Shown: positions 37,526 to 47,462 of the stretch, piece by piece | Layout: each line of letters starts with the position of its first letter | How positions within the stretch are numbered: the first letter of the stretch is position 1 | Assembly: GCA_036556905.1 (NCBI GenBank) | Contig: DATBIM010000102.1 | Span: forward strand, 70,714-134,713 | Direction: 5' to 3' | From: Candidatus Methylomirabilota bacterium | Lineage (GTDB): Bacteria; Methylomirabilota; Methylomirabilia; Rokubacteriales; CSP1-6 | DNA: 64,000 nt | Program-made: the position numbers and the translations under genes | Notes under the pieces: generated by a model | Database searches by the model: none | Seen by the model: only the letters and a program-made list of their open reading frames with translations | What the model was told of the DNA's origin: nothing

Positions 37526-38594
37526 CAGGCGGCGGGGAAGCGACGATGCTCCTCGCGTGAACATCTTCAAAGCCCAGGCCGTCAAGGATCCCGCTGAGGT
37601 GGCCAGGGCAATTCCCGTCATCGACGTCGCGCCGGCCTTCGCGGGTCTCCCTGGCGGACTGGAGGCAGTCGCCGTCGAGGTCCGGGCTGCCTGCGAGCGC
37701 ATCGGCTTCTTCTACCTCGCCGGCCACGGCGTGCCCGCTGCGGTGGTCGAGGCCGCCTTCGCCGCGGCCCGGGAGTTCCACGCGCTCCCGCTGGACGAGA
37801 AGATGCGGCTGCAGCTCAACGAGAACAACATCGGCTACCTGCCGGTGAACCAGAGCATGCAGCGGCATTCGACCGTGCACCGGGCGACGCGGCCGAACTA
37901 CAACGAGAGCTTCTTCATCAGCCACGATCGGGGCGCCGCGCATCCGGACGTCCTGGCCGCCACCCCGCTGCGCGGCCAAAACCAGTGGCCCCCGGGCCAC
38001 GCCGGCATGCGGAGCGCGATGCTCCGGTACTTCAAGACGCTGGAGGCGCTGGGCGAGCGGATGCTGCCGCTGCTGGCCCGCGCGCTCGACCTGCCGGCGG
38101 GCTACTTCGCCCCGTTCTTCGCCAACGAGGCCCACATCAACCTGCGCTTCCTGCACTATCCGCCCCAGGAGATCGACGACGACGAGCAGTTCGGCCAGGG
38201 GCCCCACACCGACAACTCGTTCATCACGATCCTGGCCCGGGAGGGCGGTCCCGGGCTCGCCGTGCGACTGCCCAGCGGCGAGTGGCTGGCCCCGCCGGTC
38301 ATCCCGGGGACGTTCCTCGTCAATCTCGGCAACGTCATGAAGCGGTGGTCGAACGACCGGTTCCTGTCCACGCCCCACGGCGTGGTCAACGACTCGGGGC
38401 GGGATCGCTACTCGGTGGCCTTCTTCTACAGCCCCAACCCCGCCTCCGAGATCGCGTGCCTGCCGACCTGCGTTAGCGCCGACAAGCCCCCGCGGTATTC
38501 CCCGGCGGTGTACCGCGATCTTGTGCTGGAGTTCTACAGCGCCAACTATTTCCACCAGAAGGGTTATCCGCAGAGCTCCCTCCCCGCGCGCTGA
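37518..38594 (+). CDS. 2-oxoglutarate/Fe(II)-dependent oxygenase (isopenicillin-N-synthase-like)
   Basis: DIOX_N 'IPVIDVAP...'; 2OG-FeII_Oxy 'GQGPHTDNSFITIL...HGVVNDSGRDRYSVAFF'. Confidence 0.65.
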   Translation: MLDRRRGSDDAPRVNIFKAQAVKDPAEVARAIPVIDVAPAFAGLPGGLEAVAVEVRAACERIGFFYLAGHGVPAAVVEAAFAAAREFHALPLDEKMRLQLNENNIGYLPVNQSMQRHSTVHRATRPNYNESFFISHDRGAAHPDVLAATPLRGQNQWPPGHAGMRSAMLRYFKTLEALGERMLPLLARALDLPAGYFAPFFANEAHINLRFLHYPPQEIDDDEQFGQGPHTDNSFITILAREGGPGLAVRLPSGEWLAPPVIPGTFLVNLGNVMKRWSNDRFLSTPHGVVNDSGRDRYSVAFFYSPNPASEIACLPTCVSADKPPRYSPAVYRDLVLEFYSANYFHQKGYPQSSLPAR

Positions 38595-38608
38595 GCCTCC
38601 CGGCTGGG

Positions 38609-40957
38609 ATGACGGACCCCACACTGCGATTCGGAAGCGATCGCGGCGCACCGCGCAGCGAGGACGAGCCGCTGGTCACCGGACGCGGACGGTTCACCGA
38701 TGACATCAAGGTGCCTGGCCAGGCCTACGCTGTGTTCGTGCGCTCCCCGGCTGGCCATGCCGACATCCGGCGCCTCGATGTCTCGGCCGCGGAGGCCCGG
38801 CCTGGCGTGCTCGGGGTGTTCACGGGACGCGATCTGGTGGCCGCGGGGCTGGGCGGCATCCCTCCGGCGGTGGCGTTCCCGGGGCGGGACGGCAGGCCGA
38901 TGTTTGCGGCGCCCATGCCGCCGCTGGCGGTCGGCCGCGTCCGTTACGTCGGCGAGCCGATCGCCGTCGTCGTGGCGGAGACGGTCGGGCAGGCCCAGGA
39001 CGCGGCGGCGGTGGTCGTCGTCGAGCTTGACGAGCTGCCCGCGGCCTCCGATGTCGAGCGCGCCATGGCCCCGACGGCGCCGGCGATCTGGCCCGAGGCT
39101 CCGGGCAACGTCGCCCTGGACTGGACCGACGGCGACGGCGCGGCGGTGGACGCCGCATTCGCGCGGGCCGCCCACGTTGAGCGCCTCCGCCTGCTCGACA
39201 CCCGCCTGGCGCCCTCGGCCCTGGAGCCGCGGGCCGCGATCGGACAGTGGGACGCCGGGACGCAGCGCTACACCCTCATCGCCGGGACCCAGGGAGTGGC
39301 GGTGGTGCGCCGCCTGCTGGCCGAGGGCGTGTTCCGGGTGCCGGCCCCGCAGATCCGGGTCCTCACCTACGACGTCGGCGGTGGCTTCGGGATGAAGGTG
39401 CAGCCGTATCCGGAGTACGCGGTAGTGCTCTACGCGGCCCGTCGGCTGGGGCGGCCGGTGAAGTGGGTCGCCAGCCGGCTCGAGAGCTTTCTCGCCGACA
39501 CCCACGGCCGTGACGGGGTGCTGGAGGGGGAGCTGGCGCTGGACGGGCAGGGCCGATTCCTGGCCTTCCGTGTGCGCACGTTCGTCGGCATCGGCGCCTA
39601 CGTCTCGACGTTCGCGGCCGTCTTCGCCACGAACAACACGAAAAATTGTCTGTCGAGCGTGTACGTGATCCCAGCTTTGAAAATCGACGTGAAGATGGTG
39701 CTCACCAATGCCGCCCCCCTGGGGCCCTATCGGGGCGCCGGGCGTCCCGAGGCCATCTACCTGCTCGAGCGTCTCATCGACGCCGCGGCCCGGGCCCTGG
39801 GCCTCGACCGGGTGGAGCTTCGCCGCCGGAATGTGATTCCTCCGTCGGCCATGCCCTACCGGGCGCCGAACGCGCAGGTCTACGACAGCGGGGAGTTCGA
39901 GACGGTGATGGACACGGCGCTGGCCCTGGCCGACTGGAAGGGATTCCCGGGGCGCCGCGCGGCGTCCGAGCGGGCGGGACGGCTGCGGGGCATCGGCCTG
40001 GGCTGCTTCCTCGAGGTGGCCGGGGGCATTCTCGACGAGACGGTGGACCTGCGCTTCGCCGAGGACGGGACGGTGACGCTGCGCACCGGGGTGCAGGCCA
40101 TCGGGCAGGGACACCTGTCGACGCTGCCGCTGGTCATCGCCCGGCGGCTGGGCGTCGACGTGCGCGCGGTGAAGCTCGTCCAGGGCGACAGCGACGAGGT
40201 CCCGGTGGGCACGCCCAGCGTGGCTTCGCGGTCGATGATGATGGCCGGCAGCGCCGCCCAACTCGCCTGCGACGAGGCCATCGACAAGGGCCGCCGGCTG
40301 GCCGCGCACGTGCTGGAGGCTGCCGTCTTCGACATCGAGTTCGTGGATGGCCGCTTCCGGGTGACGGGGACGGATCGCGGGATCGGGATCCTCGAGCTGG
40401 CCAGCCAGGCCCGGGCGCTGGCAGGAACGGGGGACGGGCTCGCCGACGGGCTGGATAGCACCGCCAAGTTCGTGTCACCCCAGATGAGCTTTCCCAACGG
40501 TTGTCACGTCTGCGAGGTCGAGATCGATCCCGATACGGGTGGGGTGAGCGTCGTCGCGTATGCCGCCGTGGACGATGTCGGCACCATCGTGCACGAGACC
40601 ATCGTGGAGGGCCAGATCCACGGCGGGGTGGCCCAGGGCCTGGGTCAGGTGCTCGGCGAGCACGTGGTCTATGACGAGGCAGGCCAGCTGTTGACCGGCT
40701 CATTCATGGACTACATGATCCCGCGGGCCGACGACCTCGCCGAGATGCGGGTCGGCCACCACGGCGTGATCTGCACCACGAACCCCCTGGGCGTGAAGGG
40801 AGCCGGCGAATCGGGAGTCGCGGGGTCACTGCCCTCCGCGATGAATGCGATCCTGGACGCGCTGGCCAGCCGGGGTGTGCGCCATCTCGATCTGCCGATG
40901 ACGCCGGCCCGCGTGTGGGCGGCGCTGGACCGGGCCAGGCCCGGTGGGGTAGCATGA
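38609..40957 (+). CDS. xanthine dehydrogenase/CO-dehydrogenase-family molybdopterin-binding large subunit (CoxL-like), orphan
   Basis: 782 aa; Ald_Xan_dh_C and _C2 domains; 'FGMKVQPYPEY','GPYRGAGRPEA'; no small (2Fe-2S) or medium (FAD) subunit genes adjacent. Confidence 0.75.
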   Translation: MTDPTLRFGSDRGAPRSEDEPLVTGRGRFTDDIKVPGQAYAVFVRSPAGHADIRRLDVSAAEARPGVLGVFTGRDLVAAGLGGIPPAVAFPGRDGRPMFAAPMPPLAVGRVRYVGEPIAVVVAETVGQAQDAAAVVVVELDELPAASDVERAMAPTAPAIWPEAPGNVALDWTDGDGAAVDAAFARAAHVERLRLLDTRLAPSALEPRAAIGQWDAGTQRYTLIAGTQGVAVVRRLLAEGVFRVPAPQIRVLTYDVGGGFGMKVQPYPEYAVVLYAARRLGRPVKWVASRLESFLADTHGRDGVLEGELALDGQGRFLAFRVRTFVGIGAYVSTFAAVFATNNTKNCLSSVYVIPALKIDVKMVLTNAAPLGPYRGAGRPEAIYLLERLIDAAARALGLDRVELRRRNVIPPSAMPYRAPNAQVYDSGEFETVMDTALALADWKGFPGRRAASERAGRLRGIGLGCFLEVAGGILDETVDLRFAEDGTVTLRTGVQAIGQGHLSTLPLVIARRLGVDVRAVKLVQGDSDEVPVGTPSVASRSMMMAGSAAQLACDEAIDKGRRLAAHVLEAAVFDIEFVDGRFRVTGTDRGIGILELASQARALAGTGDGLADGLDSTAKFVSPQMSFPNGCHVCEVEIDPDTGGVSVVAYAAVDDVGTIVHETIVEGQIHGGVAQGLGQVLGEHVVYDEAGQLLTGSFMDYMIPRADDLAEMRVGHHGVICTTNPLGVKGAGESGVAGSLPSAMNAILDALASRGVRHLDLPMTPARVWAALDRARPGGVA

Positions 40958-41349
40958 GCGCCATGCGACTCTTCTTCTCCGCGCTCCTCGTCACCGCGCT
41001 GCTGGCCGGGTGCGCCAGCACGCCCCAGGCCCGAAGCGAGTTCGAAGATATTCCCGTTCCCCGAGGACTCGAGTACGTCGCGGATCGATCCACCGTCATC
41101 GAGTCGCCGTCGGTCAAGGCGGCCAAAGTGGTCTATCGCGGGCGCCTGGAACCCGCGAGCCTGGCCACCGTGATGCGCACGATCCTGGAATCGAACGGCT
41201 GGCGTCACGTGGGCACGACGACGGCCGGGGGCAGCTCGGCGCAGATCTTCGACAAGGGTGACAGCTCGGTGCAGGTCCGCATCTGGGAAGAGTGGTGGTA
41301 CACCTATCTGGAGTTGACCGGGGGCCGGGCCCTGCCCATTCAGCGCTGA
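40954..41349 (+). CDS. small lipoprotein (~131 aa)
   Basis: ATGA overlap with the upstream stop; lipobox LLAGCAST. Confidence 0.45.
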   Translation: MSAMRLFFSALLVTALLAGCASTPQARSEFEDIPVPRGLEYVADRSTVIESPSVKAAKVVYRGRLEPASLATVMRTILESNGWRHVGTTTAGGSSAQIFDKGDSSVQVRIWEEWWYTYLELTGGRALPIQR

Positions 41350-42116
41350 TGCCGGCTCCGGGCCCGGCGCACCGCCCGCGGGCGTTCGTGACGGGCGCCT
41401 CCTACGGGATCGGGGGAGCAACCGCGCTGGCCCTGGCCCGCGAGGGGTTCGACGTGGCGGTGTCGGATCTGCGGGCCGAGGACCTCGACAGCACCGTCAA
41501 GGCCATCACGGATGCCGGCGCGCGGGCAGTGGCAGTGGCCCTCGACGTGCGCTCGCTCGCCAGCATCGACAAGGCGATGACCCATGTCCTGGCCGCCTTC
41601 GGCGGCCTCGACGCGCTGGTCAACAACGCCGGCGTTCCCCTGACGCGCCCGGCCGTGGAGGTCAGCGAGGCCGAGTGGGACGAGGTCATCGGGGTGAACC
41701 TGCGCGGCGCGTTCTTCGTCAGCCAGCAAATGGGCCGCCACCTGATCGACAGCAAGCGGCCGGGCAGCATCGTCAGCATCGCCTCCACCCACGGGGTGAT
41801 CGGCATCGCCGACCGGTCGATCTACGGGATCTCCAAGGCCGGCATCATCCAGATGACCCGCATGCTCGCCATCGAGTGGGCGGGACAGGGCATCCGCGTC
41901 AATGCCGTGGCGCCGGGCACGGTGGAGACCCCATCCCGGGCCGCCGTCTTCGCCGCCAATCCCCAGCGCCGCGAGCTCATGATGAACCGGGTGCCGCTCA
42001 AGCGCTTCGGGACGGCCGAGGAGATGGCGGCGGCGGTCTGCTACCTGGCCAGTCCCGCCGCGGCGTACATCACCGGGCAGACCCTGCTCGTGGACGGCGG
42101 ACTGACCGCCTACTGA
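41349..42116 (+). CDS. SDR-family oxidoreductase
   Basis: TGATG overlap; 'VTGASYGIGGATA','NNAG','YGISKAG' (YxxxK). Confidence 0.7.
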   Translation: MPAPGPAHRPRAFVTGASYGIGGATALALAREGFDVAVSDLRAEDLDSTVKAITDAGARAVAVALDVRSLASIDKAMTHVLAAFGGLDALVNNAGVPLTRPAVEVSEAEWDEVIGVNLRGAFFVSQQMGRHLIDSKRPGSIVSIASTHGVIGIADRSIYGISKAGIIQMTRMLAIEWAGQGIRVNAVAPGTVETPSRAAVFAANPQRRELMMNRVPLKRFGTAEEMAAAVCYLASPAAAYITGQTLLVDGGLTAY

Positions 42117-42134
42117 TCGCAACCCGGCCGACCG

Positions 42135-42614
42135 TCACGCCATCGTGCGCAGGTGCTCGTCGAGGCGGTCGTAGCTCGCCGACCAGCCGTCTTTCATCCC
42201 CGTGCCCAGCGCAGCGTCGCGAGCCTGCCGCGACGGATAGAGGACCGTGCACGTCATCGTCGTCTTGCCGTCCACCTCGGTGAGCATCAGCGTGTTGAGC
42301 GTGTCGGGCCACTCGCCGCCCCACGACTCGGTGGTGACGAGCCGCTCTCGGGGCACGATCTGACGGTACACGCCCCGCATCTCCATCTCGGTGTCAGATC
42401 TCCGCCAGGCGAAGTGCCACCCCCCGCCCGGGCGGAGGTCGATCTCACAGACGGGCATCGTCCAGCCGTCGGGACCGGTCATCCAATGCGGCACATGCTT
42501 GGGGTTGGTCCAGGCCTCCCAGACGAGCCGGCGCGGCGCCTCGACCACCCGCGTCGCGATGAGCTCCCGATCCGATGGTGTCGTAAAGGTCGTGACCATG
42601 ATCCTTCTCCTCAC
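42135..42614 (-). CDS. SRPBCC / Aha1-like (activator of Hsp90 ATPase homologue) domain protein
   Basis: '[23 protein letters not shown]' typical AHSA1/SRPBCC N-terminus. Confidence 0.6.
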   Translation of the reverse strand: MRRRIMVTTFTTPSDRELIATRVVEAPRRLVWEAWTNPKHVPHWMTGPDGWTMPVCEIDLRPGGGWHFAWRRSDTEMEMRGVYRQIVPRERLVTTESWGGEWPDTLNTLMLTEVDGKTTMTCTVLYPSRQARDAALGTGMKDGWSASYDRLDEHLRTMA

Positions 42615-42991
42615 GGCGTCCGCGCATTGGCGCGGGCGGTGAGCTCCTCGTCCATCGTGCGGATCTCGAATGGCCCCCCCAGGCGCACACCCGGATGCTT
42701 CGACATCAACTGGATCGCGTGATTCAGGTCCTGGGCCTCGAGGATCAGAATGCCGCCCAGTTGCTCCTTGGTCTCAGCGTAGGGACCGTCGGTCACGGAT
42801 ATCTTGCCGTTCCGCGCCCTGAGCGTGACCGCGCTCCGGGCGCTCTGGAGCGCCGCCCCACTGACGAAGTGGCCGTTCTTTTTCAGCATGTCATCGTAGG
42901 CGAAGCACTCCTCGACCATCGCCTCCTGCTGGCCCTTGGACATCGTGTCCCACTTGTTTTCCTCGAGATATCCAAGACATACGTACTTCAT
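42611..42991 (-). CDS. YciI-like (DGPF) family protein
   Basis: 'MKYVCLGY...', '[19 protein letters not shown]' signature; 4-nt overlap with the downstream gene. Confidence 0.65.
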   Translation of the reverse strand: MKYVCLGYLEENKWDTMSKGQQEAMVEECFAYDDMLKKNGHFVSGAALQSARSAVTLRARNGKISVTDGPYAETKEQLGGILILEAQDLNHAIQLMSKHPGVRLGGPFEIRTMDEELTARANARTP

Positions 42992-43529
42992 GACTTCCTC
43001 CCGTGAGAGTGAGTGGTTGCCGACACTGGATAGTCGCTCGGGAACCTCTCACTTCGACAAGCTCCTGGTATCACCGAGCCTTGAGAGGGAGGGTTGGCCG
43101 CCACAGATTCCTCCGTCTCCCGATCGGGCACCCTGCCCCCAAGGGGCCCGGCGTGGCTTTCAGGGGGTCGGCGAATCCAATCGGCCGGTGAGGGCGTCCC
43201 AACGGCGAAAGATCCGTCGATCTTGGAAAGGCAGGCATCGCCATGAAGAGCGCTCCCGACGTGGTCCGACTTCCTGGTCACAACGATGAGGCCATCGCAC
43301 CAGTCACGATTTTCGATGCTCAGGGACGCGTCGTGCGCGTGGTTCCGGCGACGGAGTTCCGTCGCCCGGGCCCGGCCCCACGTGGCCACTGGCGCGAGCG
43401 GCGGGGCCGAGCTCTGAGCGCGACTGCCGGACGTACGGGGCCAGAGGAAGCCGCGCGGTAGTCCTCACGCCGACGCGTGTAACTCCGCCGCCCCCTGCTC
43501 CAGCGAACGGCATGTCCATCTCGCGGTAC

Positions 43530-43660
43530 ATGGTGGTCGCGGTGGTGAGGTGGGTGCGGGCCTGATCGCGCTTGCCCATCGTGCCATACAGGGTCCCGAG
43601 GCCCAGATGGCAGTGGGCGATGAGCGGGCTGGTGGGGCTCATCGCGAAGAACGGTATCCT
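43530..43660 (-). pseudogene. remnant of a TPR-repeat protein C-terminus (gene fragment)
   Basis: Only ~45 aa of TPR-like sequence 'PLIAHCHLGLGTLYGTMGKRDQARTHLTTATTMYREMDM' embedded in non-coding-looking flanks. Confidence 0.35.
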
Positions 43661-43960
43661 GATCGTAGAGTTCGCCAACACGCTGCAGGCGCGCGGGCTC
43701 GCCAGGGTGGCCGCGCTCCGCGAAGCGTCGTTGACCCGGTACGTCCGGTGCTGATGACCTCGGCTGCTACCGTCTTCGGCCACTTCCCGCTGATGCTGGT
43801 GTCGGGGCCGGGCGCCGAGGCCCGCAACAGTATCGGGACGGTGCTGGTGGCGGGTATGACCGTGGGCACCCTGTTCACCCTGTTCGTGGTGCCGGTGTTC
43901 TACTCGCTGATCGCGGCCCAGCACCAGCCAACGCCGGCGCGCGAGCGGGTCGAGCCCGAT
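43620..43960 (+). pseudogene. C-terminal fragment of an RND (AcrB-family) permease, frameshifted
   Basis: 'GLVGLIAKNGILIVEFANTLQ..' then in another frame 'PVLMTSAATVFGHFPLMLVSGPGAEARNSIGTVLVAGMTVGTLFTLFVVPVFYSLIA'; the ~950 aa upstream are missing. Confidence 0.5.
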
Positions 43961-44118
43961 GCGCGGTGGATCGTGGGAGGAGCAGGGCAAGGACAAGGAG
44001 GCCACGGAAACGGCGCGGGGCGTGCCTGGCATCCGGCTGGAGCCGGCCCGGCCCGGTGGTGGCTGGGACGCTCGACAGGTCGAGGATAAGGGATCACACT
44101 CGAAGGAGGACAGGCGTC

Positions 44119-44916
44119 ATTGACCACACGGTCGTGCATTTCGAGATTCCGGCTGACGATCCCGAGCGGGCGGCCCAGTTCTATCGTGAGCTGTTCGGCT
44201 GGGAGATCAGCCGGTGGGAAGGCTCAGCGGGCGGGGGCGCCGAATACTGGATGGTGAAGACCGTCCCCACCGACGCGGCCGGACAGCCCACCCGCCCGGG
44301 CGTCAACGGCGGGCTCATGCGTCGGATGTTTCCGGGGCAAGCCCCCGTCAACTACGTCGGCGTCGCGAGCGTCGACGACTGTGTCCGACGGGCGGAGCAA
44401 CTCGGAGCCAAGGTGAATCTAGAAAGGAGGCAACCCATGCCTGACAAGGTGAAGCCGATCCCGGACGGATACCATGCGGTCACGCCCTACTTGAGCATCC
44501 AGGGAGCCGCCGCCGCCATCGCCTTCTACAAGGCGGCCTTCGGCGCGAAGGAAGTCATGCGCATGCCGGGTCCGGGCGGGACCATCGGCCACGCCGAGAT
44601 CGAGATCGGGGGCTCTCGGATCATGCTGGCCGACGAGCACCCCGAGATGAACTTCCGCGGCCCGAAATCGTTCGGGGGGACGGCGGTCCACCTCCATGTC
44701 TATGTCCCGGATGTGGACAAGGTCGTGCAGCAGGCGATGGCCGCGGGAGCGAAGGGGCTGCGGCCCGTCACCGACGAGTTCTACGGCGACCGCGTGGGCA
44801 GCCTGGAGGACCCCTTCGGGCACGTCTGGCACGTGGCGACTCACAAGGAAGACTTGTCGATGGCGGAGCTCAGCAAGCGCGCGGCGGCCCGGGCGGCGGC
44901 CGCCGCAAAGACGTGA
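44119..44916 (+). CDS. VOC-family (glyoxalase/bleomycin-resistance/dioxygenase) two-domain protein
   Basis: Two VOC halves ('VVHFEIPADDPERAAQFYRELFGWE', 'HAVTPYLSIQGAAAAIAFYKAAFGA'); strong SD GAAGGAGGA, then 8 nt to an in-frame ATT with no canonical start nearby. Confidence 0.6.
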   Translation: MDHTVVHFEIPADDPERAAQFYRELFGWEISRWEGSAGGGAEYWMVKTVPTDAAGQPTRPGVNGGLMRRMFPGQAPVNYVGVASVDDCVRRAEQLGAKVNLERRQPMPDKVKPIPDGYHAVTPYLSIQGAAAAIAFYKAAFGAKEVMRMPGPGGTIGHAEIEIGGSRIMLADEHPEMNFRGPKSFGGTAVHLHVYVPDVDKVVQQAMAAGAKGLRPVTDEFYGDRVGSLEDPFGHVWHVATHKEDLSMAELSKRAAARAAAAAKT

Positions 44917-44925
44917 GGCGGGGTG

Positions 44926-46194
44926 CTAGAGCGGCGTCTTGACGATGCGCCCACCGGCCTCGACGTACCACTTCTCGCTGGGGAAGGGCTTGCCGTTCAG
45001 GGTCGCCGCCATCCAGTCGGCCATGAGGACCGGCGGGAACGGCCCGACGTTGGCGGCGGGCACGTTCCCGACGGAGTGGCGCGAGTCCTGGTAGATCACC
45101 AGGCGCTTGGGCCCGGCCACGGCCCGCATCAGCCGCTCGGTGTGCTCGAGCGGGGAGAGCTCGTCGAACTCGCCGGCCACGCAGAGATAGGGCACCCGGA
45201 TCTTCTCGGCATGCCCCTCCCAGGTCATGCCCTGGCGGAACGCATCGAACTTCGCCTCGTCGGTGATGCCGGACATGTACATGAAGCGCATCTTGAAGGT
45301 CGGTGAGGCCTCCTCGAAGATGGTGTGAAAACCTGGCTCGTGACAGACGGCCGAGACCGAGACCGCGCGGATGCGGGGTTCGTGGGCGGCGGCCAGGGTT
45401 CCGAAGAACGAGCCGAAGCTGTTGCCGCTGAGCCCGATGCGCGTCGGGTCGATCTCGGGCCGCGCCGTGAGCCAGTCCACCACGTTCGCGCCGGTGGCGA
45501 TCCAGGCGTCCATGCTGAAGAAGATCTCCAGCACCGGGCTCTCGTACTGGCCGGGCCCGTCCAGCGCCAGCACGGCCAGGCCGCGGGACAGCCAGCGGTC
45601 GCCGTAGAGCGCGACGCTCATCTCCTTGAAGCTGTCCATGCCGGGCACCGATATCACCACGGGGAGGCGCCCGCCCCGGTAGCCGGGCGGCAGGTGAAAC
45701 CAGGCCGGCAACGACTTGCCGTCGCGGAAGGGGATCCACACCGGCTCCACGTGGTGGTCGGCCAGCCGGGCGTACTTCGTGTAGCACTCTCGCTTCTTGC
45801 CGTTGTAGAAGCGGTTCTGCTCGTTGTTCTCGTCGATTGGCCACTGGGCGGCGCCCCAGTGGATGGCGGCCATGAAATAGTTGTCGCGCGCGGTCACCGG
45901 GTGATCGTCCTGCTCGGCGGCCTGGGCCTTGCTCTCGCGGCGGCGGGCCACGGCCTCGAAGGCCGGGGAGGCGTCGGCCAGGCGCACGATGCGCTGGCGG
46001 AGGCCCGCGAAGTCGGCGTTGGCCTCGGGGCCGCAGGGAGCGGACAGGTAGAGCGAGCGCGGCTGATCCCAGTCCATCCCCACGGAGCGGATGATGTTGT
46101 CGAGCAGCCAGCGCTGCTCGGTCCAGCGACGGGTGAGGGGACCGCCCCGGTCCACGGGCCTACGTCCAGGGCTGCATCTTGGGGCCGTAGCCAC
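44926..46194 (-). CDS. alpha/beta hydrolase (prolyl-oligopeptidase/dienelactone-hydrolase-like fold)
   Basis: 'VVISVPGMDSFKE','GLSGNSFGSFFG' nucleophile elbow; start uncertain (overlaps the PPOX gene end if 46194 is used). Confidence 0.55.
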   Translation of the reverse strand: MATAPRCSPGRRPVDRGGPLTRRWTEQRWLLDNIIRSVGMDWDQPRSLYLSAPCGPEANADFAGLRQRIVRLADASPAFEAVARRRESKAQAAEQDDHPVTARDNYFMAAIHWGAAQWPIDENNEQNRFYNGKKRECYTKYARLADHHVEPVWIPFRDGKSLPAWFHLPPGYRGGRLPVVISVPGMDSFKEMSVALYGDRWLSRGLAVLALDGPGQYESPVLEIFFSMDAWIATGANVVDWLTARPEIDPTRIGLSGNSFGSFFGTLAAAHEPRIRAVSVSAVCHEPGFHTIFEEASPTFKMRFMYMSGITDEAKFDAFRQGMTWEGHAEKIRVPYLCVAGEFDELSPLEHTERLMRAVAGPKRLVIYQDSRHSVGNVPAANVGPFPPVLMADWMAATLNGKPFPSEKWYVEAGGRIVKTPL

Positions 46195-46576
46195 CGATAC
46201 GGTCGACCTTGATCCGCACGAGCAGGCGCTTTTCCCCGGGACGGCGGAACGGATACTTGTCGGCTCCCAGGAAGCGCTTGGCCAGCTTGTCGATGTGGGG
46301 GTCGGCTCCCGCTTCGCTCACGCTGGCCTTGCCGTGGATCACCATGTGGGACTGGGGATCGTTGCGATCCTGCACGGACACGGTCACGCGCGGGTCACGA
46401 CGCAGGTTCTTGGGCTTGAGCCGGCCTTCGGCGGTATTGAACAGCACCTCGTCGCCCTCGACGTCCATCCAGACCATGGTCACCTGAGGCTTTCCATCCG
46501 CATTGGTGGTGACGACGTGGCCATAGGCCTTGTCTTCCAGGATCTTCTTCACGGACGGCGGCAGCTTGATCGCCAT
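46160..46576 (-). CDS. PPOX-class (pyridoxamine-5'-phosphate-oxidase-like, probably F420/FMN-binding) small protein
   Basis: Real start MAIKLPP after GAGGAG; 'GHVVTTNADGKPQVTMVWMDVEGDEVLFNT' split-barrel motif; the rest of the track ORF is junk. Confidence 0.65.
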   Translation of the reverse strand: MAIKLPPSVKKILEDKAYGHVVTTNADGKPQVTMVWMDVEGDEVLFNTAEGRLKPKNLRRDPRVTVSVQDRNDPQSHMVIHGKASVSEAGADPHIDKLAKRFLGADKYPFRRPGEKRLLVRIKVDRIGGYGPKMQPWT

Positions 46577-46608
46577 GACTCTCATCTCCTCGTCGGACCG
46601 GGATTCGC

Positions 46609-47367
46609 TCAGCCGCGGCCGATGAACGGCATCTTCGTCGCCATGACGGTGAGGAACTGCACATTGGCCTCGAGAGGCAGGCTGGCCATGTAGACGACGG
46701 CCCGGGCCACGTGCGCCACGTCCATCGTGGGCTCGGGAGCGATGGCGCCGTGGGCCTGGGGAACGCCGGCCTTCATCTTCGCCGTCAATGGAGTTTCGGC
46801 GTTGCCGATATCGATCTGGCCGCAGGCGATGTCGTACTTGCGGCCGTCGAGGGAGGTCGATCGGGTGAGCCCGGTGATGGCGTGCTTGGTGGCGGTGTAG
46901 GGGGCCGAGTTGGGCCGCGGCACGTGGGCCGAGATCGAGCCGTTGTTGATGATCCGGCCGCCGCGCGGCGTCTGGCTCTTCATGATCTTGAAGGCCTCCT
47001 GCGTGCACAGGAAGGCGCCGGTCAGGTTCGCATCCACGACCGCCTTCCATTGCTCGTAGGTCAAATCCTCCAGGGGCACGGGTGGCGCGCCGCTGCCGGC
47101 GTTGTTGAAGAGCAGGTCGAGCCGGCCGAAGGTGTCCTTCGTCGTGGCGAACAGGGCGCGCACGGAGGCAGGATCGCCGACGTCGGTGGGGACGACCAGC
47201 GTGCGCGATCCCGACGACCGACCCTCCGTGGCCACCGCTTCCAGCATTTCCTTGCGGCGCCCGGCCAGTGCGACCGCCCAACCTTCCCCGAGCAAGGCCA
47301 GCGCGGTGGCCTTGCCCACTCCCGTTCCCGCACCGGTGACGATGGCGATCCGATCGCGCGTGGTCAT
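46609..47367 (-). CDS. SDR-family oxidoreductase
   Basis: '[14 protein letters not shown]','NNAG','YTATKHA'. Confidence 0.7.
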   Translation of the reverse strand: MTTRDRIAIVTGAGTGVGKATALALLGEGWAVALAGRRKEMLEAVATEGRSSGSRTLVVPTDVGDPASVRALFATTKDTFGRLDLLFNNAGSGAPPVPLEDLTYEQWKAVVDANLTGAFLCTQEAFKIMKSQTPRGGRIINNGSISAHVPRPNSAPYTATKHAITGLTRSTSLDGRKYDIACGQIDIGNAETPLTAKMKAGVPQAHGAIAPEPTMDVAHVARAVVYMASLPLEANVQFLTVMATKMPFIGRG

Positions 47368-47462
47368 GCCGCGGAGTCTATCACTCCTCCCGGGCTCGGC
47401 AAGGCCCCCGGGAGACTTGATACTATCCTGGCGGTCGAGTCCTCGGCCGAAAGGAGCTTCCC

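Noticed and set aside
43243-43461. 72-aa + strand ORF (MKSAPDVVRLPGHNDEAIAPVTIFDAQGRVV...)
   Set aside because: Weak RBS, Arg/Pro/Gly-rich C-terminal half, and location inside the fragment-scar region. No support beyond being open.
43966-44118. In-frame ATG 150 nt upstream of the VOC gene (would add MDRGRSRARTRRPRKRRG...)
   Set aside because: The extension is Arg-rich junk overlapping the RND fragment. The strong SD sits immediately before the VOC domain instead.
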